64,000 nucleotides of DNA, from NCBI GenBank assembly GCA_963764715.1, contig CAVXTP010000024.1, positions 3,099 to 67,098 of the forward strand. Reading direction: 5' to 3'. Shown piece by piece: positions 49,359-58,366 of this stretch. Source of the DNA: an uncultured Acidobacteriota bacterium. Lineage in GTDB: Bacteria > Acidobacteriota > Thermoanaerobaculia > UBA5066 > Gp7-AA6. The notes under the pieces are model-generated. The model was not told the DNA's origin. It saw nothing but the letters and a program-made list of their open reading frames with translations, and did no database searches. Position numbers and translations under genes: made by a program. The stretch's first letter is position 1; each line of letters opens with the position of its first letter.

Positions 49359-50156
49359 CTATCCCTTGAAGGTGAAGTCGACCGTTTTCGCCTCGTTGCC
49401 GGTGATGGTCACGTTCTGCGTCTGCGTGCCGTACTTCTCGTGCCACGCCTCGATGACGTAGTTGCCCGGCGGCAGGTTCTTGATCTCGAAGGCGCCCTGG
49501 TCGTTGGTCACCGCGAAGAAGGGGTGGTTGAAGACGCCGGTGTACGCGCCCATCCACTTGTGGACGTCGCACTTGAACCGGATCGGGACCTCGACCGAAT
49601 CGAACTTCTTGACGGTCTCCATGCCCTTGAAGGGCTGGCCGATGTTGAACTCGGCGTTCTTCTTCGGGAGGGCGTGGATGTTGTGCAGCGTGCCGTCGCT
49701 GTTGAGGATCTTCAACGGCTGGCCCGCCATCATTCCGAAGATGTGCGGACGGTACTGGCAGCCGTGCTGATCGAGGGTCACGGGCTCCGTCGGCACCGGG
49801 TAGTTGCCCGAGACGCCCTCCTTGACGTACACGAGCACCCACTCGAGCGTCTTGTTGGGGTTGACCACGACCTCCTGCTCGTACACGGGCTCCTTGTGCT
49901 CGGACTTGCAGAAGGCGTCGGCGTCCATCTTGATGGCCGGCATCGCCGGCGCCGTGCCGTCGAAGTTGACCTTGCCCGTCAGCGTCGCGCCGCCCACGGC
50001 CGGGGCCGCCGCGGGGGCCGCCGCCGGGGCCGCGGCCGTCGAGGTCGCCGGAGTCTCCTCCTCCATCAACGCGTCCTCGTCCTTCTGGCCGCCGCAGGCC
50101 AGGATCGGCAGGGACGCGGCTGCCGCCAGAAGCAGAAATAGACCGCGCTTGGACAT
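49359..50156 (-). CDS. Lipoprotein with cupredoxin-like type-1 copper motif and carboxypeptidase-regulatory-like C-terminal domain
   Basis: The N-terminus MSKRGLFLLLAAAASLPILACGG is a lipobox, followed by an A/P linker. The candidate copper ligands are LHNIH...FKCDVHKWM (H, C-x2-H-x2-M). The C-terminal domain begins FFAVTNDQGAFEIKNLPPGNYVIEAWHEKYG. Confidence 0.6.
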   Translation of the reverse strand: MSKRGLFLLLAAAASLPILACGGQKDEDALMEEETPATSTAAAPAAAPAAAPAVGGATLTGKVNFDGTAPAMPAIKMDADAFCKSEHKEPVYEQEVVVNPNKTLEWVLVYVKEGVSGNYPVPTEPVTLDQHGCQYRPHIFGMMAGQPLKILNSDGTLHNIHALPKKNAEFNIGQPFKGMETVKKFDSVEVPIRFKCDVHKWMGAYTGVFNHPFFAVTNDQGAFEIKNLPPGNYVIEAWHEKYGTQTQNVTITGNEAKTVDFTFKG

Positions 50157-50286
50157 CGGACTCTCCTTAACCCTTAACGTGAAATTCGGCAGACCGCGCT
50201 CCGGAACCGAGCGCGCTTCTGCGAAGCCGCCGCCAGAGCGCGGGCATCATACCCAAGCCCTTCCACGCTTTTCAAGCGGCGCGGGG

Positions 50287-50949
50287 ATGGTATCGTCAAT
50301 CCACAGAGTGCTTTCGACAACGCTCCTCGCCGAGGACCTCGACAAGTCGTTCGCGGGACCTCCCCTCTTCTCCGGCTTCTCCGCACGGATCGAGGCCGGT
50401 CTGACCGCCGTCACCGGCCGGAACGGAACCGGCAAGACGACCCTGCTGAAGATCCTCGCGGGGCTCCTGCGCCCGACCGCGGGGCGGGTGCGCGTCGAGC
50501 GGGACGGCCGGGCGCTCGAGGGCGACGAGCGGCGGCTGGCGATCGGCTGGGCCGGGCCCGACCTCGCCTTCTACGGCGAGCTGACGGGCGTCGAGAACCT
50601 GCGCTTCTATCGCGAGGCGGCCGGACGGCCCCTGCCCGAAGCCGACATCCGCCGCCGGCTCTCCGAGATCGGTCTCGCCGCGACCGCGGCCGACCGCCGG
50701 GTCGGCGAGTACTCGACGGGCATGCGGCAGCGGCTGCGCGTCGCGTTCGCGGTCCTCTTCGACCCGGCGATCGTCCTCCTCGACGAGCCGTTCCTGGGGC
50801 TCGACGTCGAGGGCCGGGAGATCGTGTACGCCCTCATCGAGGGGGCGCGGCACCGCGGCGCCGTCGTCCTCGCCTCCAACGACGAGCGGGACTTCGCGGG
50901 ACCCGAGCGGCGGATCGAGCTCGGCGCGGGGTCCGGGCCCAACGCATGA
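50287..50949 (+). CDS. ccmA: Heme exporter ABC ATP-binding protein
   Basis: Walker A is GRNGTGKTT, the signature is YSTGMRQRL and Walker B is VLLDEP. Its stop overlaps the ccmB start (ATGA). The start ATG 50287 is approximate. Confidence 0.85.
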   Translation: MVSSIHRVLSTTLLAEDLDKSFAGPPLFSGFSARIEAGLTAVTGRNGTGKTTLLKILAGLLRPTAGRVRVERDGRALEGDERRLAIGWAGPDLAFYGELTGVENLRFYREAAGRPLPEADIRRRLSEIGLAATAADRRVGEYSTGMRQRLRVAFAVLFDPAIVLLDEPFLGLDVEGREIVYALIEGARHRGAVVLASNDERDFAGPERRIELGAGSGPNA

Positions 50950-51617
50950 GCGTGCCCGGACGGATCTGGGTCGTCTGCGCCAAGGACGCCCGCCAGGAGC
51001 TGCGGAACCGGATCGCAACCCTCGCCGTCCTCTTTTTCGCCGCGACGGCGCTGGCGCTGACCTCCTACTCGATCGGCCCGTTCGGGCTTCCCGCGGCGGA
51101 CCGGCCTCCCCTCCAGGCGGCCCTCCTCTGGATCATCCTCTTCTTCGCGGCGGCGACGGGCCTGCCGCGCGCGTTCGTCCAGGAGGAGGAGACGGGCACC
51201 GGGCTCGCCCTCCGCAAGACGCTGTCGGGCTCGCTGGTGCTCGCCGGTAAGTCGCTCTTCAACTTCGGCCTGTTTCTGGCGATCGCGGCGGTCGTGATCC
51301 CGGGCTTCTTCGTCCTCCTCGACTGGCGGGTGGCGAGCCCGGGGACGCTCGCGGCGACGATGCTCTTCGGCGGCTTCGGGCTCGCCGTGGTCTCGACGTT
51401 CCTCTCGGCCCTGACGGCGCGGGCCGGCCAGCGCAACGTCCTCTTCGTGCTGGTCGCGTTCCCGCTCGTCCTGCCGCTGCTCCTGACGGCGATCTCCGCG
51501 ACTCTGGCGGCGACGCGCGGGACCGACGCGTGGTCGTCGCTGCGCGTGCTGATCGCTTACGACGGCGCGGCGTCCTGCGCGGCGTATTTGCTTGCGGAAG
51601 TGGCCTGGGAGGATTAG
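50946..51617 (+). CDS. ccmB: Heme exporter protein B
   Basis: 223 aa with 6 TM. ...FVQEEETGTGLAL... is the CcmB-type loop. It lies between ccmA and ccmC. Confidence 0.85.
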   Translation: MSVPGRIWVVCAKDARQELRNRIATLAVLFFAATALALTSYSIGPFGLPAADRPPLQAALLWIILFFAAATGLPRAFVQEEETGTGLALRKTLSGSLVLAGKSLFNFGLFLAIAAVVIPGFFVLLDWRVASPGTLAATMLFGGFGLAVVSTFLSALTARAGQRNVLFVLVAFPLVLPLLLTAISATLAATRGTDAWSSLRVLIAYDGAASCAAYLLAEVAWED

Positions 51618-51658
51618 AAAGCCCGAGGCAGAGCTCAGGAGGCAGGAGGAGATACGCG

Positions 51659-52321
51659 ATGAAGGCTCTCAAGTTGTTGCTGCTCCCCTACATGGCGGCC
51701 GTCGTCGGCGCGGCGTTCCTGTGGCCGCAGCCTGCCGCCGGCTTCATCGGAGAGTCGTCGCGAATCGTCTTCTTCCACGTCCCCTGCGCCTGGACGTCGA
51801 CCCTCGCCTTCCTGTTCGCCGCCGGGTACTCGCTCGCCTACCTCCGCACGCGCAACCCGTGGCACGACGAGATCGCGTGCGCCGCCGTCAAGATCGGCCT
51901 GCTCTTCGGCGTTCTGACGTTGATCACCGGCTCGCTCTTCGCCAACATCATGTGGGGATCCTGGTGGAACTGGGACCCCCGCGAGTCGTCCTACCTCCTG
52001 CTCGTTTTCCTGTACGCGGCTTACCTGTTTCTCCGGGCGGCCGTCGAGGACCCCGAGCGGCGGGCCCGGATCGCGGCGGCCTACGCCCTCTTCGCCGCCG
52101 TGCTGATGCCGTTCCTCGTCTTCATCGCGCCCCGCGTCACCGCCTCGCTCCACCCCCAGACCGTGATCAATCCGCAGGGCAAGATCCTGATGGACACGCC
52201 CACCCGGGCGGTCTTCTTCGGCGCGCTCGCCGGGTTCTCGGGACTGTTCGCCTGGATGCTGTCCCTCGAGGCGCGTGCGGCTCGCCTCGCCCGGCGCAAC
52301 GGGCGTCGGCCCGTCGCCTAG
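51659..52321 (+). CDS. ccmC: Heme exporter protein C
   Basis: ATG 51659 follows AGGAGGCAGGAGGAG. The WWD motif is WGSWWNWDPRE. FFHVP His and LHP His are present. Confidence 0.9.
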   Translation: MKALKLLLLPYMAAVVGAAFLWPQPAAGFIGESSRIVFFHVPCAWTSTLAFLFAAGYSLAYLRTRNPWHDEIACAAVKIGLLFGVLTLITGSLFANIMWGSWWNWDPRESSYLLLVFLYAAYLFLRAAVEDPERRARIAAAYALFAAVLMPFLVFIAPRVTASLHPQTVINPQGKILMDTPTRAVFFGALAGFSGLFAWMLSLEARAARLARRNGRRPVA

Positions 52322-52334
52322 CGAATCACAGGGC

Positions 52335-52366
52335 AAAAAAAAATGGGCCGCCCGAAGGCGGCCCAT
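52335..52366 (-). terminator. Rho-independent terminator of the 52387..55155 gene
   Basis: On the minus strand it reads ATGGGCCGCC-TTCG-GGCGGCCCAT followed by a run of eight more T (nine consecutive T when the last stem base is counted). It begins 20 nt after the stop codon. Confidence 0.8.
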
Positions 52367-52386
52367 GACGAAGCGCGATTGGATCG

Positions 52387-55155
52387 TTACGGCAGGTTGA
52401 GCTGCCAGGCGCTGCGGCCGTGCGTGGCCGCGTAGAGAATCCGCGAGCCCGGGATGATCGTGAGGCCCGGGACCTCGACCGCCGGCAAGCCTGAACCCGC
52501 CACCGTCCAGGTGGTCGAGCCGTTGGCCAGCCGCATGACGCCGAAGTCGGAGGCCGCGTAGAGGTCGCCCTTGACGCTGTCGCTGACGAGGGCCGTGATC
52601 GGGAAGTCGGGCAGGTTGTAGCTCTTGTCGACGAACGTGGCCGCTCCCGCTCCGCTCCAGGTCACCTCGAAAACGTGTCCGGTCACCGTGTCGTTCAAGT
52701 TGTAGCCGTTGTACCCGATCCACGCGTGACGCCCGTTCGTCGGGTCGACGAAGATCTCGCTGATCGCCCGGTTGGGAGTCGTCGCGGAGTCGATTCGATT
52801 CCAGACCACGCTCGCCGCCGGATCGTTGGCGTCCTCGGTGATGAACACGCGGCCGGTGCCCGTCGCGGCCCACATCGTGCCGCCATCCTGCGAGGCCCGT
52901 GCGATCCAGGCAACTGCGCCGCCGCGGCGGGTTGAACCGTAGTTGACGGCAAACGTGTCCGTCAGGTCTGTCGCTCCACCGGGTCCGATGGGAACGAAAT
53001 CGCCGCACCCAGGCTGCGCCGAGGACGTCGTGAATTCAGGGCAGTTGGCCTCCAGATAGGCCTGATCGCCGCCCCAATCCTGTGTCCTCCAGACCGAGAA
53101 CGACCCTTGGAAGATCGAGCCCGCATAACCGGGATTCGGGTCTGCAATGATGGGCGGGTAGAAATACGCCCCCTCGGGGCTGCCCGTCATTGGCGCGCCG
53201 ATGATGACCCACTTCGTCGGGTCGCCGTTGCGGAAGTTGGCGTCGTTGGCCTGGCCGGTGAACGTGTTGAAGCGCAGGCTGTCGTTGGAGACGTTGAAAC
53301 CGGACTGCCCGCCATCGCCGTAGATGATCTGGGGCCAGACGTTCGGCGAGCCATTGCCCTGGAACGTCCCGTTGTCCTGCGTGCCGCCCTGAAGCAGGTT
53401 CTTCGGCCTCTGGGCGCTCACCGAAAGGCTCTGGAACTGCAGGGTCGAGAGGCCGTTGTTCATGTTGAGGAGCTTGTTCGGCACGTTGCTGAGCAGGCTC
53501 TGGCAGAGCGCCAGGTCGTCCCCGGTCAGCCCGCGCGGGCCACACTTGGCCGAGACGTCCGCGTACTTGCCATCCGAGCCGACGACGCCGCCGTCTCCGC
53601 CGGTGATGAACTGGAGCGGCTTGCCGGGAACGGTGACGATCGCGTGCGAGTCGGGGTGAATCGCCTCCGCGTGGTTCGGGTCGCCGTCCTGCGTCAAGTC
53701 GCTGAACGAAGTTCCGCCGTTCGTCGACAACAGCCAGGCGCGGCCGTTCGATTGCGCGTGGAGCTGACCGTAGGAGTACGACCCGCCGAGGTAGACGACG
53801 TCGGGTGCGCCGGGGGGCGTGTAGACGACGTTGTCGTACCAGCACTGTCCGGTGCAGTAGCCGATGTTCTGCGCCGTGGTCATGTCCGCAAAGACCGCGG
53901 CACCGGAGGCATCGTCAGTGCGATAGTAGCGAGCCCGGTTCGCGCCCGCGTCACTCTGGTTGCCGACGCCGACGTACATTCGGGTGTTGCCGTTCGGCAG
54001 CGTCGTCACGTCGAACTCGGCGCAGTCGGTGCTCAAGCCGGCATTCAGCGGCGTCTTGATCTGAGTCCAGGTCGCGCCGTTGTCGATCGAGCGCCAGACT
54101 CCCCGTGAGAACTCGTTGACGTAGATGACCCCCGGATGCGTGGGGTCGATTCTGACGGTCGTGGAACCGCGGGCAGTGGCCACGGCGACGATCGGCCGGA
54201 TGAGCGTGAAGGTCGCTCCATTCTGGCGCCAGAGACCGCGGGTAACCAGCGGGTGCCCGGTCGCGCCGCTCGACGACGCGCCGCTCGAGACCGAGCTGAT
54301 CCCGCGCACGGCACTTGCGACCGGAACGAGCAGGTTGCCGGCGTTGTCGAAGGCCATCTGCCCGATCGCCCGCTGGAAGAAGATGTCGCTGCCCGGAACG
54401 AGGGCCCAGGTCGCGCCGCCGTCCGTCGTCTTGTAGATGCCGACCCCGGCTTCCGAATCGCCAGAGGCGTTCGACTCGCCCGTGCCGGCATACACCGTGT
54501 TTCCGGTGGAGTCGCTGGGGTCGATCAGGAGCGAACCGATCGCATTGATCCCGAAGCTGCCGGAGACGAACTGCCAGTTCGACCCATTGAGCGCCTTGTC
54601 CGTCCGCCAGACGCCGCCTCCCGCCGCCCCGACGTAGAGAACGCATCGGTTCGAGTTGCAGGTCGGCGACATCGCCATCGCCGTCACACGGCCGCTCGTG
54701 ACGTATTGGGCTCCGTCGCCCAGGAAAGGATTGAGCACGGCCGGATAGGTGGCCTTGCTCGGACCGATGAGCTGCCAGGTGCCGGCCGAATGCGCGCCGG
54801 CGTTCAGGGCCGCCCAGCCGCTCCGGGCCGCCAGGGTGGCCTCGCCCGGAACTTCCGCCTCGGGGTAGGCGCGCAGCAGGTACGACTCGACTTCGGCGGA
54901 AAAGTCCGGGTTGCGGGTCTCGGCCGAGCCGATGGTCGTTTCGGCGTTCCTTCCGGGCTTGACCGTCTCAGGCTCCCGCTTCTTGGAGACGGCGGCATCC
55001 GCCCGAGCCTTCAAGAGCGCTTCCCGGGACTGCGGCTCCGGGACGTTGCCGGACGCGCGGGACTTCGCGGCCCGCGTGACGAGAACCGCCGAAACGACAC
55101 CGACGATGCAAAGCAGGCCGAGCAGGAACGGTTTGAACCTTCGAAGCTTCTTCAA
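52387..55155 (-). CDS. Large secreted BNR/Asp-box (sortilin/GH74-like beta-propeller) protein
   Basis: 922 aa. The N-terminal anchor is MKKLRRFKPFLLGLLCIVGVVSAVLV. The Asp-box-like motifs are TTDGGATW, SIDNGATW and STNGGTSF. Confidence 0.8.
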   Translation of the reverse strand: MKKLRRFKPFLLGLLCIVGVVSAVLVTRAAKSRASGNVPEPQSREALLKARADAAVSKKREPETVKPGRNAETTIGSAETRNPDFSAEVESYLLRAYPEAEVPGEATLAARSGWAALNAGAHSAGTWQLIGPSKATYPAVLNPFLGDGAQYVTSGRVTAMAMSPTCNSNRCVLYVGAAGGGVWRTDKALNGSNWQFVSGSFGINAIGSLLIDPSDSTGNTVYAGTGESNASGDSEAGVGIYKTTDGGATWALVPGSDIFFQRAIGQMAFDNAGNLLVPVASAVRGISSVSSGASSSGATGHPLVTRGLWRQNGATFTLIRPIVAVATARGSTTVRIDPTHPGVIYVNEFSRGVWRSIDNGATWTQIKTPLNAGLSTDCAEFDVTTLPNGNTRMYVGVGNQSDAGANRARYYRTDDASGAAVFADMTTAQNIGYCTGQCWYDNVVYTPPGAPDVVYLGGSYSYGQLHAQSNGRAWLLSTNGGTSFSDLTQDGDPNHAEAIHPDSHAIVTVPGKPLQFITGGDGGVVGSDGKYADVSAKCGPRGLTGDDLALCQSLLSNVPNKLLNMNNGLSTLQFQSLSVSAQRPKNLLQGGTQDNGTFQGNGSPNVWPQIIYGDGGQSGFNVSNDSLRFNTFTGQANDANFRNGDPTKWVIIGAPMTGSPEGAYFYPPIIADPNPGYAGSIFQGSFSVWRTQDWGGDQAYLEANCPEFTTSSAQPGCGDFVPIGPGGATDLTDTFAVNYGSTRRGGAVAWIARASQDGGTMWAATGTGRVFITEDANDPAASVVWNRIDSATTPNRAISEIFVDPTNGRHAWIGYNGYNLNDTVTGHVFEVTWSGAGAATFVDKSYNLPDFPITALVSDSVKGDLYAASDFGVMRLANGSTTWTVAGSGLPAVEVPGLTIIPGSRILYAATHGRSAWQLNLP

Positions 55156-55482
55156 CTGTCACCTCCGTGGCTAAAAAAAGTCCTTTCGGACCAAAAGAAA
55201 GCGGGATCCCGAAAAGCCGAGGCCGGTGCGAGGCGAAGGAGGCAGAACCCGACCGCATACCCGTCCGGAACTGGCATTCCGGACGCCGAAGCCAAACCTG
55301 GAACACGTCGGTCGAAAACGCCGTTCTCTGTCTCCTGTGGAAGGCTGCACCCTATCCCCGGCCGGGCGGGCCGGTCAAGGGGAGTCGTGAATTGCCAGGG
55401 TTCTGATGCATTCGCATCACGGTCCGGGCACCTGTTCCCTGCGACAGTTGAACTCGATGACGATACAGGAGAGACTGAATCC

Positions 55483-55593
55483 ATGAGCAGCCTCGGGTAC
55501 CTCGCGGCCGTGAACGTGGTGATCTGGGTTGGTCTCTTCTTCTACCTCTGGCGCCTCGACCGGCGCCTGACCGAATCGGAGCGCAAACCATGA
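55483..55593 (+). CDS. ccmD: Heme exporter protein D (CcmD family)
   Basis: 36 aa, MSSLGYLAAVNVVIWVGLFFYLWRLDRRLTESERKP. SD AGGAGA lies upstream. Its stop overlaps the ccmE start (ATGA). Confidence 0.65.
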   Translation: MSSLGYLAAVNVVIWVGLFFYLWRLDRRLTESERKP

Positions 55594-56003
55594 AGAAGGG
55601 CTACTGGATCGCCGCGGTGCTCACGCTCGCCTTCGTCGGCTTCGGCCTGACCGCCTTCCAGAAGACGCTGACCCCGTACCTGTCGTTCGACGAGGCCCGC
55701 AAGTCCTCCGGAGTCGTCCAGGTCATGGGCGGCCTCGACAAGCAGAGCGACCGCTACGACACCGGCCGCGAGGAGCTCTCGTTCGACCTCGTCGACCCCG
55801 CGGGCCACCGCATGCCGGTCACCTACCGTGGGACTCGTCCGGGCAACTTCAAGGACGCGATCTCGATCGTCGCGATCGGCCGCTTCCAGGACGGCCGGAT
55901 CGAGGCCGAGAAGCTCCTCGTCAAGTGCCCGTCGAAGTACCAGGGAGCGGAAGTCGAGAAGGCCTACTCGGCGCAGCCCGCGGCTCCGGCGCAAAAGAGC
56001 TGA
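55590..56003 (+). CDS. ccmE: Cytochrome c-type biogenesis heme chaperone CcmE, CxxxY variant
   Basis: 137 aa with an N-terminal anchor and an OB-fold region (VVQVMGGL...SFDLVD..MPVTYRG..PGNF). The heme-binding position reads LLVKCPSKY instead of the canonical H-x-x-x-Y. Confidence 0.9.
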   Translation: MKKGYWIAAVLTLAFVGFGLTAFQKTLTPYLSFDEARKSSGVVQVMGGLDKQSDRYDTGREELSFDLVDPAGHRMPVTYRGTRPGNFKDAISIVAIGRFQDGRIEAEKLLVKCPSKYQGAEVEKAYSAQPAAPAQKS

Positions 56004-58348
56004 TGTACATCTGGCCCGGGGTGGCGGCGATCTGGGGAGCCCTCTTTGCGGGGATCGCCTCGGCGTTCGTCTATTTCCTGGTGGACCGGGGCCGGAAGGA
56101 GCTCCTCCCGCTCGCGCGGACGACCTACGCGGCGTTTGCGACCTGCGTCGTCGTCGCGTCCGCGATCCTGATGACCCTGCTGCTGCAGCACCGGTTCGAC
56201 GTCGCCTACGTCAACTCCTACTCGGCGACCGACCTGCCGCTCCACTTCCTGATCTCGACGTTCTGGGCCGGCCAGGAGGGCTCCTTCCTGCTGTGGTGCT
56301 TCTGGGGCGCGATCATCGGGCTCTTCGTCTGGCGGAGCGCCAAGGAGCAGGAAGCGCCCGTGATGATCGTCTACCTCGCGACTTTCCTCGGCATCATCGC
56401 GATCCTGTGCAAGCAGAGCCCGTTCAAGCTGCTCCCGCCGCCGGTGCCGCAGGACGGCGTCGGCCTGAATCCGCTCCTCCAGGACCCGTGGATGGTCATC
56501 CATCCCCCCGTGATGTTCATCGGGTTCGCGTCCCTCTCGGTCCCGTTCTCCTTCGCGATCGCGGCGCTCTGGAAGAAGCGCTGGGACGGCTGGATCGCGC
56601 GGACGCTCCCGTGGGCGCTCCTGACCTTCCTGACCCTGGGAACCGCCATACTGATGGGCGGCTACTGGGCGTACAAGACGCTCGGCTGGGGCGGGTACTG
56701 GGGCTGGGACCCGGTCGAGAACACGAGCCTCGTCCCCTGGCTCTTCACCGCGGCTCTCGTCCACGGCATGTTCCTGCAGCGCGCGCGCAAGCGCCACCGC
56801 AAGGTCAACCTGATCCTCGCCTGCACGGCCTACGCGACGATCCTCTACGGCACGTTCCTCACGCGTTCGGGAGTCCTCGCGGACTTTTCCGTGCACTCGT
56901 TCATCGACCTCGGGATCACGGGCTGGCTCGTCGCGATCCTCGGGACGTTCGTCGGCCTGTCGATCCTCATGATCGCCTGGCGGTGGCGGTCGATCCCCAC
57001 GGCCTCCGACGAGGAAGGGTCGCTCCTTTCCCGCAGCGTGCTGTTCATCCTGGGAATCGCGGTCTTCTGCGCGCTCGGCCTCGTGATCCTCCTCGGAACG
57101 TCGGCCCCGATCCTGACGCGGCTCTCGGGCACTCCGTCGCAGGTCCAGACGTCCTTCTACGGCCGGACGACGTCGCCCGCGGGCTTCCTCCTCCTGCTGC
57201 TTTCGGCGCTCGTCCCGTTCGTGTCCTTCAAGGGCACGACCCTTCGCGAGCTCTTCAAGAGCTCGCTGCGATCCCTCGCGGTCGCCGCCGTGGTGATCGT
57301 CGCGGCCTTCGCCCTCGGGGCCCGGGGGACCGAGCCGCTCGTCCTCATCTTCACGGCGGCCTTCGCGGCCGACATGAACCTCCGCGCCGTCCTGCGCAAG
57401 GCCTCGAGCGGCAAGCTCGGCGGGGCCGGCGGCTACCTGGCCCACGTCGGTGTCGGCATCATGCTGGCCGGCGTCGTCGTCTCGGGCGCCTACGCGAAAA
57501 CCCAGAGGCTGACCCTGCGGGTCAACACGCCGACCAAGTCGGGCGACGCCACGCTGACGTACCTGCGGGTCGTGCCCGGAACCAGCCGCACCAAGCAGGC
57601 CATGGAGGTCCGGGTCGTCACGGCGGCCGGGAAGACCTTCTACGCCTATCCCAAGATGTACGAGAACAGCCGGACCGGCCAGCTCATGGTGAACCCCTCG
57701 ATCAAGAGCTCCGCCGTGACCGACCTCTACATCGCTCCTCAGCAGTACGATCCGGGCCAGCCGGAGATGGTGGGCCGCGACGTCCGGCTGACGAAGGGAA
57801 CGACCACCAACATCGACGGCACGGGCTTCACCTTCCGCGATTTCAACGCGGACCGGTCGGCCATGATGCGCGGCGAGAAGACGGTCCTCGTCCTGACCGA
57901 CCTGACGATCACTCCGCCCGACGGCTCGCAGCACGACGTGACCCTCAAGTACGTCTTCCACCTGGACGGCGGCGAGACCGAAGCCGAAGCCGTGGCGATC
58001 CCGGGCTACGCCGACGCGAAGGCGCGGGTTCTCGCCGTCTCCCCCAACGACGGCGCCGTGATCATCCGGTTGAACGGCGTGTCGAAGAACCCGGCCGACG
58101 AGTTCTCCCCGGCGACGGTCGAATCCCTCTCGATCGAAGTGACGCGCAAGCCCCTCATCGCTCTCGTCTGGGGCGGCTTCTACGTCATGATGGCCGGCGG
58201 CCTCCTCGCCTTCATCAAGCGCGCGGGCGAAGCGCGCCGCGCCGTCGTCGAGGCCGGCCAGGCGATGGCGGAATCCCGTTCCGAGCCGCCCGTCGTCGGC
58301 GCGACGGGGCCCGCCCTGCCGGCCGTCACCCGCTCGCGCCTCGAGTAG
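56003..58348 (+). CDS. ccmF: Cytochrome c-type biogenesis protein CcmF
   Basis: It starts MYIWPGVAAIWGALFAG (ATG 56003, 1-nt overlap with the ccmE stop). The WWD motif is WGGYWGWDPVEN. There are multiple TM helices and a C-terminal extension. Confidence 0.9.
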   Translation: MYIWPGVAAIWGALFAGIASAFVYFLVDRGRKELLPLARTTYAAFATCVVVASAILMTLLLQHRFDVAYVNSYSATDLPLHFLISTFWAGQEGSFLLWCFWGAIIGLFVWRSAKEQEAPVMIVYLATFLGIIAILCKQSPFKLLPPPVPQDGVGLNPLLQDPWMVIHPPVMFIGFASLSVPFSFAIAALWKKRWDGWIARTLPWALLTFLTLGTAILMGGYWAYKTLGWGGYWGWDPVENTSLVPWLFTAALVHGMFLQRARKRHRKVNLILACTAYATILYGTFLTRSGVLADFSVHSFIDLGITGWLVAILGTFVGLSILMIAWRWRSIPTASDEEGSLLSRSVLFILGIAVFCALGLVILLGTSAPILTRLSGTPSQVQTSFYGRTTSPAGFLLLLLSALVPFVSFKGTTLRELFKSSLRSLAVAAVVIVAAFALGARGTEPLVLIFTAAFAADMNLRAVLRKASSGKLGGAGGYLAHVGVGIMLAGVVVSGAYAKTQRLTLRVNTPTKSGDATLTYLRVVPGTSRTKQAMEVRVVTAAGKTFYAYPKMYENSRTGQLMVNPSIKSSAVTDLYIAPQQYDPGQPEMVGRDVRLTKGTTTNIDGTGFTFRDFNADRSAMMRGEKTVLVLTDLTITPPDGSQHDVTLKYVFHLDGGETEAEAVAIPGYADAKARVLAVSPNDGAVIIRLNGVSKNPADEFSPATVESLSIEVTRKPLIALVWGGFYVMMAGGLLAFIKRAGEARRAVVEAGQAMAESRSEPPVVGATGPALPAVTRSRLE

Positions 58349-58366
58349 GCCCCCCCCGGCCGTTCC

